Origin: Eledone cirrhosa
Taxonomy: Eukaryota
NCBI GenBank assembly: GCA_964016885.1
Contig: OZ024743.1
Location: forward strand, 111,662,001 to 111,726,000
DNA length: 64,000 bases
Direction of reading: 5' to 3'
Position 1 is the stretch's first letter. Every line of letters begins with the position of its first letter. The position numbers and the translations under genes are program-made. This document shows positions 12,385 through 21,448 of the stretch, in pieces. The notes beneath the pieces were generated by a model that saw only the letters and a program-made list of their open reading frames with translations, did not search any database and was not told where the DNA came from.

Positions 12385-15300
12385 CGTTGGTGAACCTGGA
12401 CGTGAACAATAACGATGGTGATGCCTTTAGACTGGTGGCTGTCTATGCCCCTACTGGGGCAGGACGGCCGGACTTCTTTAGACGCCTGGAAGCATTTCTG
12501 TGTACGTCTCGCCCTTTACTGTTAGCGGGGATTGGAACGACATCATCTTAGACGCACGCAGGGACTGTGTGGGAGTATCCGATAGGACCGGGAGAAGGGG
12601 GTGCAAAAGCCTCAAGAACCTGATCAGCCAGTTCCAACTGTCTGACAGGTATCGACAAAATTTCCCTAATGCGCCAGTGTGGACCTGGACTAACCGCATA
12701 GAGTCATCTAGATCGTATATAGACAGGATATTCATTAGGAAAATAGACAGAAATAGTGTAAGCTGTCCACGTTTTGAAACGGTCGCCTATTCAGATCACA
12801 AGATTGTGATCTGTATGGTCGACCTAGATAAGGCGCGTAGGTTAGGACCTGGTTACAAGAAGCTAAACATGTCATTTCCGGCACGTAAGGCTTACAGGGA
12901 CCGGGTCAACGACAGATGGTGGGGTCTCTCAAAAGAGAGATTAGAGTAATGTCGATAGAGTTTAGCAAAGATGTAGCGTTATAGAAAAATAGAAAGGAGG
13001 GGGAGTTGATAGATAAGTTAGATGAGGCTATTGGTAGTGGCATTGCAACTGACGTGCTAGCGGGGAGAATGGCATTATACCATTTCTTCAATGCGAAACA
13101 CGAAGGTTGCATTGTCAGAGCTAAGGTGCGTGCTCTGAGAAACGAGGGAACCAAAGCTGTTCGATGGGCCCGCGTGGCAGAGGCGCAGCGTGGTAATAAA
13201 ACCACGATTCGGTCTTTGACCGACCGAGACGGACACGAGCTGAGCGATTCCAAGCGGATGTCTGAGGTCTTTCGACAACATTTTGCTCGGTTGTTCGGAG
13301 GAAGTGGCGGGTCAGAGATGGTGGCGGACTTCAGTCCCTACCTTGATGGCTTGCCGCAACTCTCGACGGCTGAGCTGGGCGCTGCGAAAGCCAATTACGT
13401 CAGCCGAGATTCAGGATGCCCTTGTCGGCTGCATGAGGAGCAAGTCACCCGGTTAGGATGGTCTGCCCTACTAGATTACGTAAATATGCCAGATTTGTTC
13501 TCCAATCTCCTCGAAGCCCTCTACTGCAAATGGCAGCAAAACGGGAATATTCCCAGTTCTGTGAGCTGGGGCGTAGTGACGCTGATAAGGAAAGACGAGA
13601 ACAAGAGGGACACATTAGACAATTTCAAACCCATAACTCTGCTCAACACAGAGTTTAAGATTTTGGCCAGGGTGTTAGCGAAGAGGTTGGCGCTTGTCGT
13701 CGGGGATTTGTTTGGGGAGGCGCAAACTTGCGCAATCCCAACCAGGTCCATACACGATAATCTCCACCTAATACGATACCTCATAGAGAGGGTAGGGTGT
13801 AAACCTGGCTTCGGTGGGTCTCTGTTAAATTTAGATCAATCGAAAGCATTCGATAGTTTCGACCATCGGTACCTGGAGGCTGTCCTTAAGGCGGCTGGCT
13901 TTGGCCCCGTCTTCAGCAGCTGGATCGCTGCAATGCACAGCGGCACCTGGAGAGGCAAGTTCATGCCGTCCAACAGCGTCGTTAGGCGCTGGACGGACCG
14001 GTAAATTTGCTAGGATTTGGTTCGGGCCAGACCTCCAGGTGGATAAGAATCGGGACGAGGTGATGGGCAGGGTAGCCAGTCTCACTCAGAAATGGTCTAG
14101 GATGAAGCTATCACTGAAAGGTCGGGCGGAGGTGGCGACGCGTACATCGCGTCCGTCATCTACTACCGTCTGACCGTCGTCCCTTGCCCCCGTTCGCGCC
14201 TCGCCATCTTGGAGCAGCTCCTCTTCAAATACTTGTGGAGGGGTCAGGTTCCGCTGGAGAGGCGGTCCATCTGCTGCCAGCACCCTCTACGTGGAGGGCT
14301 GGGCTTGCCGTGGCTAATGATGCGCAGGCACGCGCTGTGGCTGCGGCATCTCCAGATATCTGCCTAAATGGTGAACAGGTGTGGTCGCCGTTTGTCAGAC
14401 GGGCCTTTTCGCAGCTCGTTTCTTTGACTGAGCTGCAGTCCTGGGGCAAGAAGAGACCGACACTGGGTGACTGACATCTGGAATCATGCCAGGCACTCAC
14501 TGCCCTCTACCAGGCGTTTAATGCGGTCAGTGGAACTTCCACTCTCGAGTTCTATAGAGGATTAGTGGTGGGCAAGTGCGACGACGCACTCGGAGAGGCT
14601 CTGGGAGTCAACGAAGTCGAACTAACCAGTCTGTACCGGAGGACTTTCGAGCCGGGGACGATGGATAATTTCCAAAAATCCCTCGCTTGGCAGTGCCACC
14701 GGGAGGCACTGCCGTTTCGAGATAAACTCTACAGGCACGGAAGTCAGTCGGACCAGCCCGAGATGCGCGCAGAGCGACGAAACCGTTCTGCACGCACTCG
14801 TCCAGTGTCCGTGCATTACTGACTTGTGGAGTTATGTCAAACAGCTACTGTCGCGTGTGGAACGAATCCGGCTATCGGCCGATTCCATAGTGAAGATCGA
14901 CCCGCCGCCTTCTTTTGGCCAGGAAGAGCAGGCAATTTTCCTCTTTCTGGTGGCAGTAACGAAAAAGGTTGTATGGTGGACGAGGTTGAAAGGACTGAAG
15001 ACAGACACTTTTATCTTCGGCCAATCCCTCATCAACCTTTTCAAGTTTCACTTGGAAAGCAAGGTGAGGGTGGTGAGAGAAGTGCTGCCCCCCCCCCCAG
15101 TACATTTGCTGAAAGGTGGGTGAATGTGGCGAGAATGGCCCGTGTGAGTGGGCCTACTCTGGTCATGCGGCTGTAGGTAGTTAAATTTGAGGAGGAGAGG
15201 GGTGCCCTTCCAGGGTGCCCTCTAAGCGTCGGGTCGTTCAGGATTGGTGGGGTACCTGAACGAACCCTATGTGGTTATGCCCCCTATTGGGGAATCTTTT

Positions 15301-15458
15301 CTTGTAATTTTATTGTTATTTGTTATTGTTATTTTTTGTTTACTCGATTTTTCTGTAAAATCAAGCTGTCCCAGTCTTTTGTATTGTCCCCTATATGTCG
15401 GCCCTTGTGGCCAATACATGAAATCATTATTAATATTATTATTATTATTATTATTATT
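12385..15458 (+). pseudogene. Tx1-like LINE copy B: 5'-truncated ORF2 plus 3'UTR and (ATT)n tail, close relative of copy C
   Basis: Colinear with 17882-21297; frameshifts and stops; ~315 bp deletion at ~13940 removes YADD; ends ggcccttgtggccaatacatgaaatc(att)n. Confidence 0.95.
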
Positions 15459-15669
15459 GACGAAAGTGGATGTACGTTTTTTGAAGCTCCGTGAGTAAGC
15501 AATTTTTTGAGGATTAATTGTAGAGAATTGTTTATTTTTTGTACCGCTGAAGCATTATAAGACATTAATTTGTATCCTGTGAAGGAATAACTCATAATAT
15601 TTGGGCCTTTTGGCCCAAATATTTGAACTTTATTTTGAAAAAAAATAATAATTTTTTTCTCAAAAAAAC

Positions 15670-17580
15670 ATGGCGGAGCCACGCCCCCTAAAGGCGGGTC
15701 TGCTGTCGTGCAACGGCGACTTGAGCGTTGAGAGGAGAGGTGAGGCGAGGAGCGCCACCAGCACGAATGTGAGCAGCGACAGTGCCAGCACCAACGGGCC
15801 GAGCGGCGCGGAAGGTGGTAACAGCGACAACACCAACACCAACAAGCCGAACAGCGCAGAAGGTGGTAATAACGAGAGCACCAACAAAACGAACAGCACA
15901 GAGAGTAATAGTAGCGACAGCAACAGCACCAACAAGGCCAACAGCACAGAGGGTAACCACGACACAGGGGAGAACAACAACAGCAATAGCAGCAGCAACA
16001 CCAACAAGAACAACAACAGTGACAACACCAACAAGAACACTTTCGCTGCTGTGGCAGCGGCTAAAAGGAGACCATGCTACAGCATCGACTTAACCAACAG
16101 AGAGGAAAAGTTGGCCCAGGCCTGGAAAATCATAAATCAAGAGCAGACCTGGGCAAACTTAACTGTCCCGGCAGAAGCCATTGAGGCAGTGGAAAAAAGA
16201 ACGGTGCATTTCAGATGCATCTCAGTAGAGACAAAGAGGGCAGCGATAATCGCCCAAGCTGACATAGAAGCCGCACTGAAATACATCAGAGAGGACACAG
16301 ACTTCATAGAGAGGGGCAGGCAATACGGCACCGTTTCGGTGCTGTTCAAGTCTGAAGCCCTCGCTGTGAAGCATTCAATGACCCCTTGCAAAACCAGCAA
16401 GGTCATAATGTATCCCTCCCACATGGGAAAACGAATAGCACGTGTGCGCATTCCCAGGATTCCACCAGGACTTGATATGTGGTGGCTCCTGGGTTGCGTA
16501 ATCGTGGAAGGAACGGATACAGTCCCGGTAGAGGCAACGAGAACTGCCAGGGACGACTGGTCCGGGGTTGATCTGGAGATACTGCTCCAAATCAGACCCG
16601 AAAACGTAAAAACAATCCCGGACCACATCCGCCTCCAAAACGGGAGGGTGTTGCATATAATGACTGAGGGCAAAAGGCCGCATTGTTTCCTTTGTGGGGA
16701 AACGACACACTTGCGAGCCTTCTGCCCTCAACTGCCGAAAAGCGCAAGGGGTCGAAAGATTCCACTGCTGGCGACGCCGGGACAAGGACCAACAGCAACA
16801 CCGTCAACAATGGAACCACCAAAATTGCACACCCAGGGGGGAAACGAGGAAAGCTCTCCCATTCCCCCTCCCCCCCAAAATACACACACGAACAAGAACA
16901 TAAACACTCACTCAGACACAAACACGCTCACAGCCACAGACCCCTCATCCTCCAGCAGTGAAGATGAGGGAAAACCAAAGTCCCCCAAAATACAAAAAAC
17001 AAAACACAAAAAAAAAAAAAATCCACAAAGCACAAACACCCCCACAAAAAAAAATATACACACCACCCACACAAACATTTTCCCCACAGCATCACCAACA
17101 CAACCACCAAAATCCCCCAAACGCAAACAAGCTAAACAGACACAAGAACAAATAGACACACAAACATCAGAAACTACAGACACCCCACCCACAACAAACG
17201 CAGACACAATAGAAACAACACTAACAAAGCTATCACCACCACAATCACACGAACAAATAAAACCCGAGCAACAAAACATTAAAAACTTCGTGCTTGCCAG
17301 AAGGGCCAACAAGGAATTGATGGCCCATGTAGCACGAAGCACAAACATCGAAAAAGACGGGGAAACATTTGAAGCGAGCACATTTCGCGTACCAGATAAT
17401 TTGCTTCTGATGCGAATGTCGCTCGCTTCATACAAAGAAATTCGAAAGAGCTTTCCTCGGGATGTGGGAACCCCGAACGTAAAACCCACGTCAAGACTAT
17501 TAAAGGGGTTCCCAAAAGAAACCCCACAAACCATGGAGGTCGAACCACCCGACCTTCACAAGACCCCGGAAGGTAAGTAA
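15670..17580 (+). CDS. LINE ORF1p, gag-like nucleic-acid-binding protein (636 aa)
   Basis: Open ORF upstream of the RT ORF; Asn/Ser/Thr-rich N-terminus, TFAAVAAA motif, globular core, CX2CX4HX4C knuckle CFLCGETTHLRAFC, Thr/Pro/Lys-rich linker, small C-terminal domain. Confidence 0.9.
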   Translation: MAEPRPLKAGLLSCNGDLSVERRGEARSATSTNVSSDSASTNGPSGAEGGNSDNTNTNKPNSAEGGNNESTNKTNSTESNSSDSNSTNKANSTEGNHDTGENNNSNSSSNTNKNNNSDNTNKNTFAAVAAAKRRPCYSIDLTNREEKLAQAWKIINQEQTWANLTVPAEAIEAVEKRTVHFRCISVETKRAAIIAQADIEAALKYIREDTDFIERGRQYGTVSVLFKSEALAVKHSMTPCKTSKVIMYPSHMGKRIARVRIPRIPPGLDMWWLLGCVIVEGTDTVPVEATRTARDDWSGVDLEILLQIRPENVKTIPDHIRLQNGRVLHIMTEGKRPHCFLCGETTHLRAFCPQLPKSARGRKIPLLATPGQGPTATPSTMEPPKLHTQGGNEESSPIPPPPQNTHTNKNINTHSDTNTLTATDPSSSSSEDEGKPKSPKIQKTKHKKKKNPQSTNTPTKKNIHTTHTNIFPTASPTQPPKSPKRKQAKQTQEQIDTQTSETTDTPPTTNADTIETTLTKLSPPQSHEQIKPEQQNIKNFVLARRANKELMAHVARSTNIEKDGETFEASTFRVPDNLLLMRMSLASYKEIRKSFPRDVGTPNVKPTSRLLKGFPKETPQTMEVEPPDLHKTPEGK

Positions 17581-17609
17581 ACCTTTCCTCTCCCATTCAT
17601 CCTGCCAGC

Positions 17610-20600
17610 ATGGCCATAAGAGTAGGAAGTTTAAATGTTCGTGGCCTGGGGTCGCCCTGGAAGCAAGGTCACTTGCTCAACGACCTCAGGTCACTAGGAA
17701 TGGATGTAATTGCCATCAGCGAGACCAGAATTTCCGACACACGCGCACTGGCGCCGATTTTCGACGATTATCAGATCTTTGCATCTGTTAGTCGGCCGGG
17801 AATGGGAGGTGGAGTGGCTGTGCTGTTTAGGAAATGTCTGGATCTCGAGGTAAGGTCAATCTTCCGGGATCCTGACGGAAAGTTGGTGGTCCTGGACGTG
17901 AGCAATAGCGAAGGTGGTGCCTTTAGACTGGTGGCCGTCTACGCCCCTACTGGGGCCGGTCGGCCGGACTTCTTTAGGCGCCTGGAAAACTTTCTGCTTA
18001 CGTCTCGCCCTTTACTGTTAATAGGGGATTGGAATGGCATCTTAGAAGCACGCTGGGATTGTGTGGGAGTATCTGATAGGAGCGGGGGGTGCAAAAGCCT
18101 CAAGTACCTGATCAGCCAGTTTCAACTGTCTGACAGGTACCGACTAGATTTCCCTAATGCGCCAGTATGGACCTGGACCAATCGCATAGGGTCATCTAGA
18201 TCGTACATAGATAGGATTTTCATTAGGAAAAGAGATAGAAATAGTGTAGGATGTCCACATTTTAAAACGGTTGCCTATTCAGATCACAAGCTTGTGATCT
18301 GTATGGTCGACCTAGATAAGACACGTAGGTTAGGACCTAGCTACTGGAAGCTAAACATGTCGTTTCCGGCACGTAAAGCTTACAGGGACCGGGTCAACAA
18401 CTTAGTTAAGCAAAAGTTGACAGGGGGGGTTGTCAAAAACAGGTGGTGGGGGGCACTCAAAAGAGAGATTAGAGCAACCTCGATAGGATTTAGCAAAGAA
18501 GTAGCAATAGAGAAAAATAGAAAGGAGGAGGGGCTGATAGCTAAGTTAGACGAGGCTATTTGTAGTGGCATTGCAACAGACGTGCTAGCGGCGAGAATGG
18601 CACTAGACCATTTCTTCAATGCGAAACACGAAGGTTGCATTGTCAGAGCTAAGGCGCGTGCTCTGAGGAACGAGGGAACCAAAGCTGCCCGATGGGCTCG
18701 CTTTGCAGAGACGCAGCGTGGAAATAAAACCACAATTCGGTCTTTGACGGATCGAGATGGACACGAACTGAGCGATTCCAAGCAGATGTGTGAGGCCTTT
18801 CGCCAGCACTTTGCTCGATTGTTCGGGAGGATGGGTGAGTCGGAGACGGCGGCGGACTTCAGTCCCTACCTCGACGGCTTGCCACGCCTCTCGACGGCCG
18901 ACGCTGAGCGCTGCGAAGAGCCGATAACATCAGCCGAAATTCAGGACGCCCTTGTCGGCTGCTCGAGTCGCAAGTCACCCGGTTTGGATGGTCTGCCCTA
19001 CGAGCTTTACGTAAATATGCCAGACTTGTTCTCCGATCTCCTCGAAGCGCTCTACTGCAACTGGCAGCAGAACGGGAGCATTCCCAGTTCTGTGAGCCGT
19101 GGCGTAGTGACGCTGATAAGGAAAGACGAGAACAAGAGGGACACACTAGATAATTTCAGGCCCATAACCCTGCTCAACACAGAGTTTAAGATTTTGGCCA
19201 AGGTGTTAGCGAAAAGGTTGGCGCTTGTCGTCAAAGATTTGGTTGGGGAGGCGCAAACTTGCGCAATCCCGACCAGGTCCATACACGACAACCTCCACCT
19301 CATGCGATACATCATAGAGAGGGTTGGGTGCAAACCTGGCTTCGGTGGGGCTCTGATCAATTTAGATCAATCGAAAGCATTCGATAGGGTCGACCATCGG
19401 TACTTGGAGGCTGTCCTCGAGGCGGCTGGCTTCGGCCCCGTCTTCAGAAGCTGGATCGCTGCAATGTACAGCGGCATCCGCTCGGTGGTCAAAGTTAATG
19501 GCCACCTCTCGGAACCGTTTCAGATCTCTCGATCGGTCCGTCAAGGGTGCCCTCTCTCCTCACTTCTGTACGTATTGACTCTTGAGCCTCTACTGCGGAA
19601 GCTGGAGTTGTTGCAGGGCATCCCGCTCGAACCGGGACGTAGAAAGGCTGCGTCCGCTTATGCGGACGACATCACCGTGATGGTGTCGGACACCTCGGAA
19701 ATCGAGGTGATCCGCACCCATTTGGAGGAATATGAAAGGTTGACGGGAGCAAAACTTAACCCGGAAAAGTCGGTGGGCTTGCAGCTCGGCACCTGGAGAG
19801 GCAAGTCCATGCCGTCCAACAGCGTCGTTGGGCGCTGGACAGACGGACCGGTAAAGTTGCTCGGGGTTTGGTTCGGACCAGACCTCCAGGTGGATAAGAA
19901 TTGGGACGAGGTGACGAGCAGGATAGCCAACCTCACCCAGAAATGGGCTGAGAGAAAGCTATCACTGAAAGGGCGGGCGGAGGTGGCGAACGCGTACATC
20001 GCCTCCGTCATCTACTACCGCCTGACCGTCGTGCCTTGCCCCCGTCCACGCCTCGCCAATTTGGAACGGCTCCTTTTCAAATTTTTGTGGAGGGGACGGG
20101 TCCCGTTGGTGAGGCGGTCCATCTGCTGCCAGCACCCTCTTCGTGGAGGGCTGGGCATGCCGTGGCTAATGATGCGCAGACATGCGCTGAGGCTGCGACA
20201 TCTCCAGATATTTTGCCTAAACGGTGAACAGGTGTGGTCGCCGTTTGTTAGACGGGCCTTTCCGCAGCTCATCTCTTTGACTGAGCTGCAGTCCTGGGTC
20301 AAGAAGAGACCGAGACTGGGCGACTGGCATCTGGAATGTTGCCAGGCGCTCACTGCACTCTGCAAGGTGGGCAATGCGGTCAGTGGAACTTCCACTCAAG
20401 ATTTCTATAGAGGATTAGTGGAGGGCAAGTGCGATGACGTACTAGGAGAGGCTCTGGGCGTCAACGAAGTAGAACTGACCAGTATGTTCCGGAGGACTTT
20501 CGAGCCGGGGACGATGGATAACTTCCAGAAATCCCTCGCTTGGCAGTGCTACCGGGGGGCGCTGCCGGTTCGGGATAAACTCTACAGGCACGGAAGTGCT

Positions 20601-21029
20601 GTCAGACGAACCTGCCCGAGATGCGCGCAGAGCGACGAAACCGTTCTGCACGCACTCGTCCAGTGTCCGTGCATTGCTGACTTGTGGGGTTATGTCGAAC
20701 AGCTATTGTCGCGTGTAGAACGGATCCGGCTATCGTCCGAGTCCATAGTGAAGATTGACCCGCCGCCTTCTTTTGGTCAGGAAGGGCAGGCAATTTTCCT
20801 CTGCCTGGTGGCAGTAGCGAAAGAGGTTGCATGGTGGACCAGGTTGAAAGGACTGAAGACAGACACTTTTCTCTTCGGCCAATCCCTCATCAACTTCTTC
20901 AAGTTTCACTTGGAAAGGAAGGTGAGGGTGGAGAGAGAAGTGCTGCCCCCCAGTACATTTACTGAAAGGTGGGTGAATGTGGCGAGAATGGCCCGCGTGA
21001 GTGGGCCTACTCTGATCATGCGCCTGTAG
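17610..21029 (+). CDS. LINE ORF2p: APE endonuclease, reverse transcriptase and C-terminal CCHC (1139 aa)
   Basis: APE motifs SLNVRGL, SETR, VYAP, GDWN, SYIDRIF, SDHK; YWKLN; RT motifs KSPGLDGLP, NFRPITLLN, LDQSKAFDRVDH, VRQGCPLS, YADD (19659-19670); GGLG; CPRCX8HX4C. DQ.KAFDRVDH is typical of the Tx1 group. Confidence 0.97.
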   Translation: MAIRVGSLNVRGLGSPWKQGHLLNDLRSLGMDVIAISETRISDTRALAPIFDDYQIFASVSRPGMGGGVAVLFRKCLDLEVRSIFRDPDGKLVVLDVSNSEGGAFRLVAVYAPTGAGRPDFFRRLENFLLTSRPLLLIGDWNGILEARWDCVGVSDRSGGCKSLKYLISQFQLSDRYRLDFPNAPVWTWTNRIGSSRSYIDRIFIRKRDRNSVGCPHFKTVAYSDHKLVICMVDLDKTRRLGPSYWKLNMSFPARKAYRDRVNNLVKQKLTGGVVKNRWWGALKREIRATSIGFSKEVAIEKNRKEEGLIAKLDEAICSGIATDVLAARMALDHFFNAKHEGCIVRAKARALRNEGTKAARWARFAETQRGNKTTIRSLTDRDGHELSDSKQMCEAFRQHFARLFGRMGESETAADFSPYLDGLPRLSTADAERCEEPITSAEIQDALVGCSSRKSPGLDGLPYELYVNMPDLFSDLLEALYCNWQQNGSIPSSVSRGVVTLIRKDENKRDTLDNFRPITLLNTEFKILAKVLAKRLALVVKDLVGEAQTCAIPTRSIHDNLHLMRYIIERVGCKPGFGGALINLDQSKAFDRVDHRYLEAVLEAAGFGPVFRSWIAAMYSGIRSVVKVNGHLSEPFQISRSVRQGCPLSSLLYVLTLEPLLRKLELLQGIPLEPGRRKAASAYADDITVMVSDTSEIEVIRTHLEEYERLTGAKLNPEKSVGLQLGTWRGKSMPSNSVVGRWTDGPVKLLGVWFGPDLQVDKNWDEVTSRIANLTQKWAERKLSLKGRAEVANAYIASVIYYRLTVVPCPRPRLANLERLLFKFLWRGRVPLVRRSICCQHPLRGGLGMPWLMMRRHALRLRHLQIFCLNGEQVWSPFVRRAFPQLISLTELQSWVKKRPRLGDWHLECCQALTALCKVGNAVSGTSTQDFYRGLVEGKCDDVLGEALGVNEVELTSMFRRTFEPGTMDNFQKSLAWQCYRGALPVRDKLYRHGSAVRRTCPRCAQSDETVLHALVQCPCIADLWGYVEQLLSRVERIRLSSESIVKIDPPPSFGQEGQAIFLCLVAVAKEVAWWTRLKGLKTDTFLFGQSLINFFKFHLERKVRVEREVLPPSTFTERWVNVARMARVSGPTLIMRL

Positions 21030-21297
21030 GCTGGTGAATTCGAGAAGGAGAGGGGTGCCCTTCCCGGGTGCCCTAGGAGCGTCGGGTGGCTCAGGACTGG
21101 TGGGGTGCTTGAGTTAACCCTGGGTGGTGATCCCTCTTATTGGGGAACTTTCATTGTTGTATTTTTATTGTTATTTTGTTTTTTTGTTATTTATACTTAC
21201 TCGATCTCTATGTAAACCCCCACTGTCCCTGTCTATTGTGTTGTCCCCTATATGTCGGCCCTTGTGGCCAATAAATGAAATCATTATTATTATTATT

Positions 21298-21370
21298 AGT
21301 AGTAGTAGTAGTAGTAGTAGGGGGTGGGTAATAGCAGCAGTAGTAGTAATAGTAGTAATTGTAGTATCAT

Positions 21371-21408
<38 letters not shown>

Positions 21409-21448
21409 TTACTACTACTACTATTACTACTACTACTACTACTACTAC
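21298..21448. repeat. (AGT)n / (ACT)n microsatellite abutting the LINE tail
   Basis: Directly visible; the two halves are mutually complementary. Confidence 0.9.

Larger units (their letters stand above)
5820..12385 (+). pseudogene. Tx1-like LINE copy A: old, decayed ORF1 and ORF2, interrupted by a ~1.3 kb insertion (~9746-11063)
   Basis: ORF 6888-7172 SVLFKSEALAVKHS..YP.HLG matches intact ORF1; APE remnants 8700-9430 (GYWKL), with a ~290 bp internal duplication; RT remnants 11065-11950 (SSLLYILTVEPVLR); CCHC remnant ~12285-12345; many stops and frameshifts; 5' boundary uncertain. Confidence 0.85.
15460..21297 (+). mobile_element. Full-length L1-clade (Tx1-like) non-LTR retrotransposon, copy C
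   Basis: ~210 nt 5'UTR, intact ORF1, 29-nt spacer, intact ORF2, structured 3'UTR, AATAAA at 21270 and (ATT)n tail; starts directly after the (ATT)n tail of copy B. Confidence 0.93.

Noticed and set aside
15460-15560. HDV-like ribozyme at the LINE 5' end
   Set aside because: Could not build the nested double pseudoknot; region is U/A-rich
15660-20832. Antisense ORFs over the LINE as an ORF0-like gene
   Set aside because: Expected shadows of GC-richer coding sequence; sharing between copies B and C follows from DNA identity
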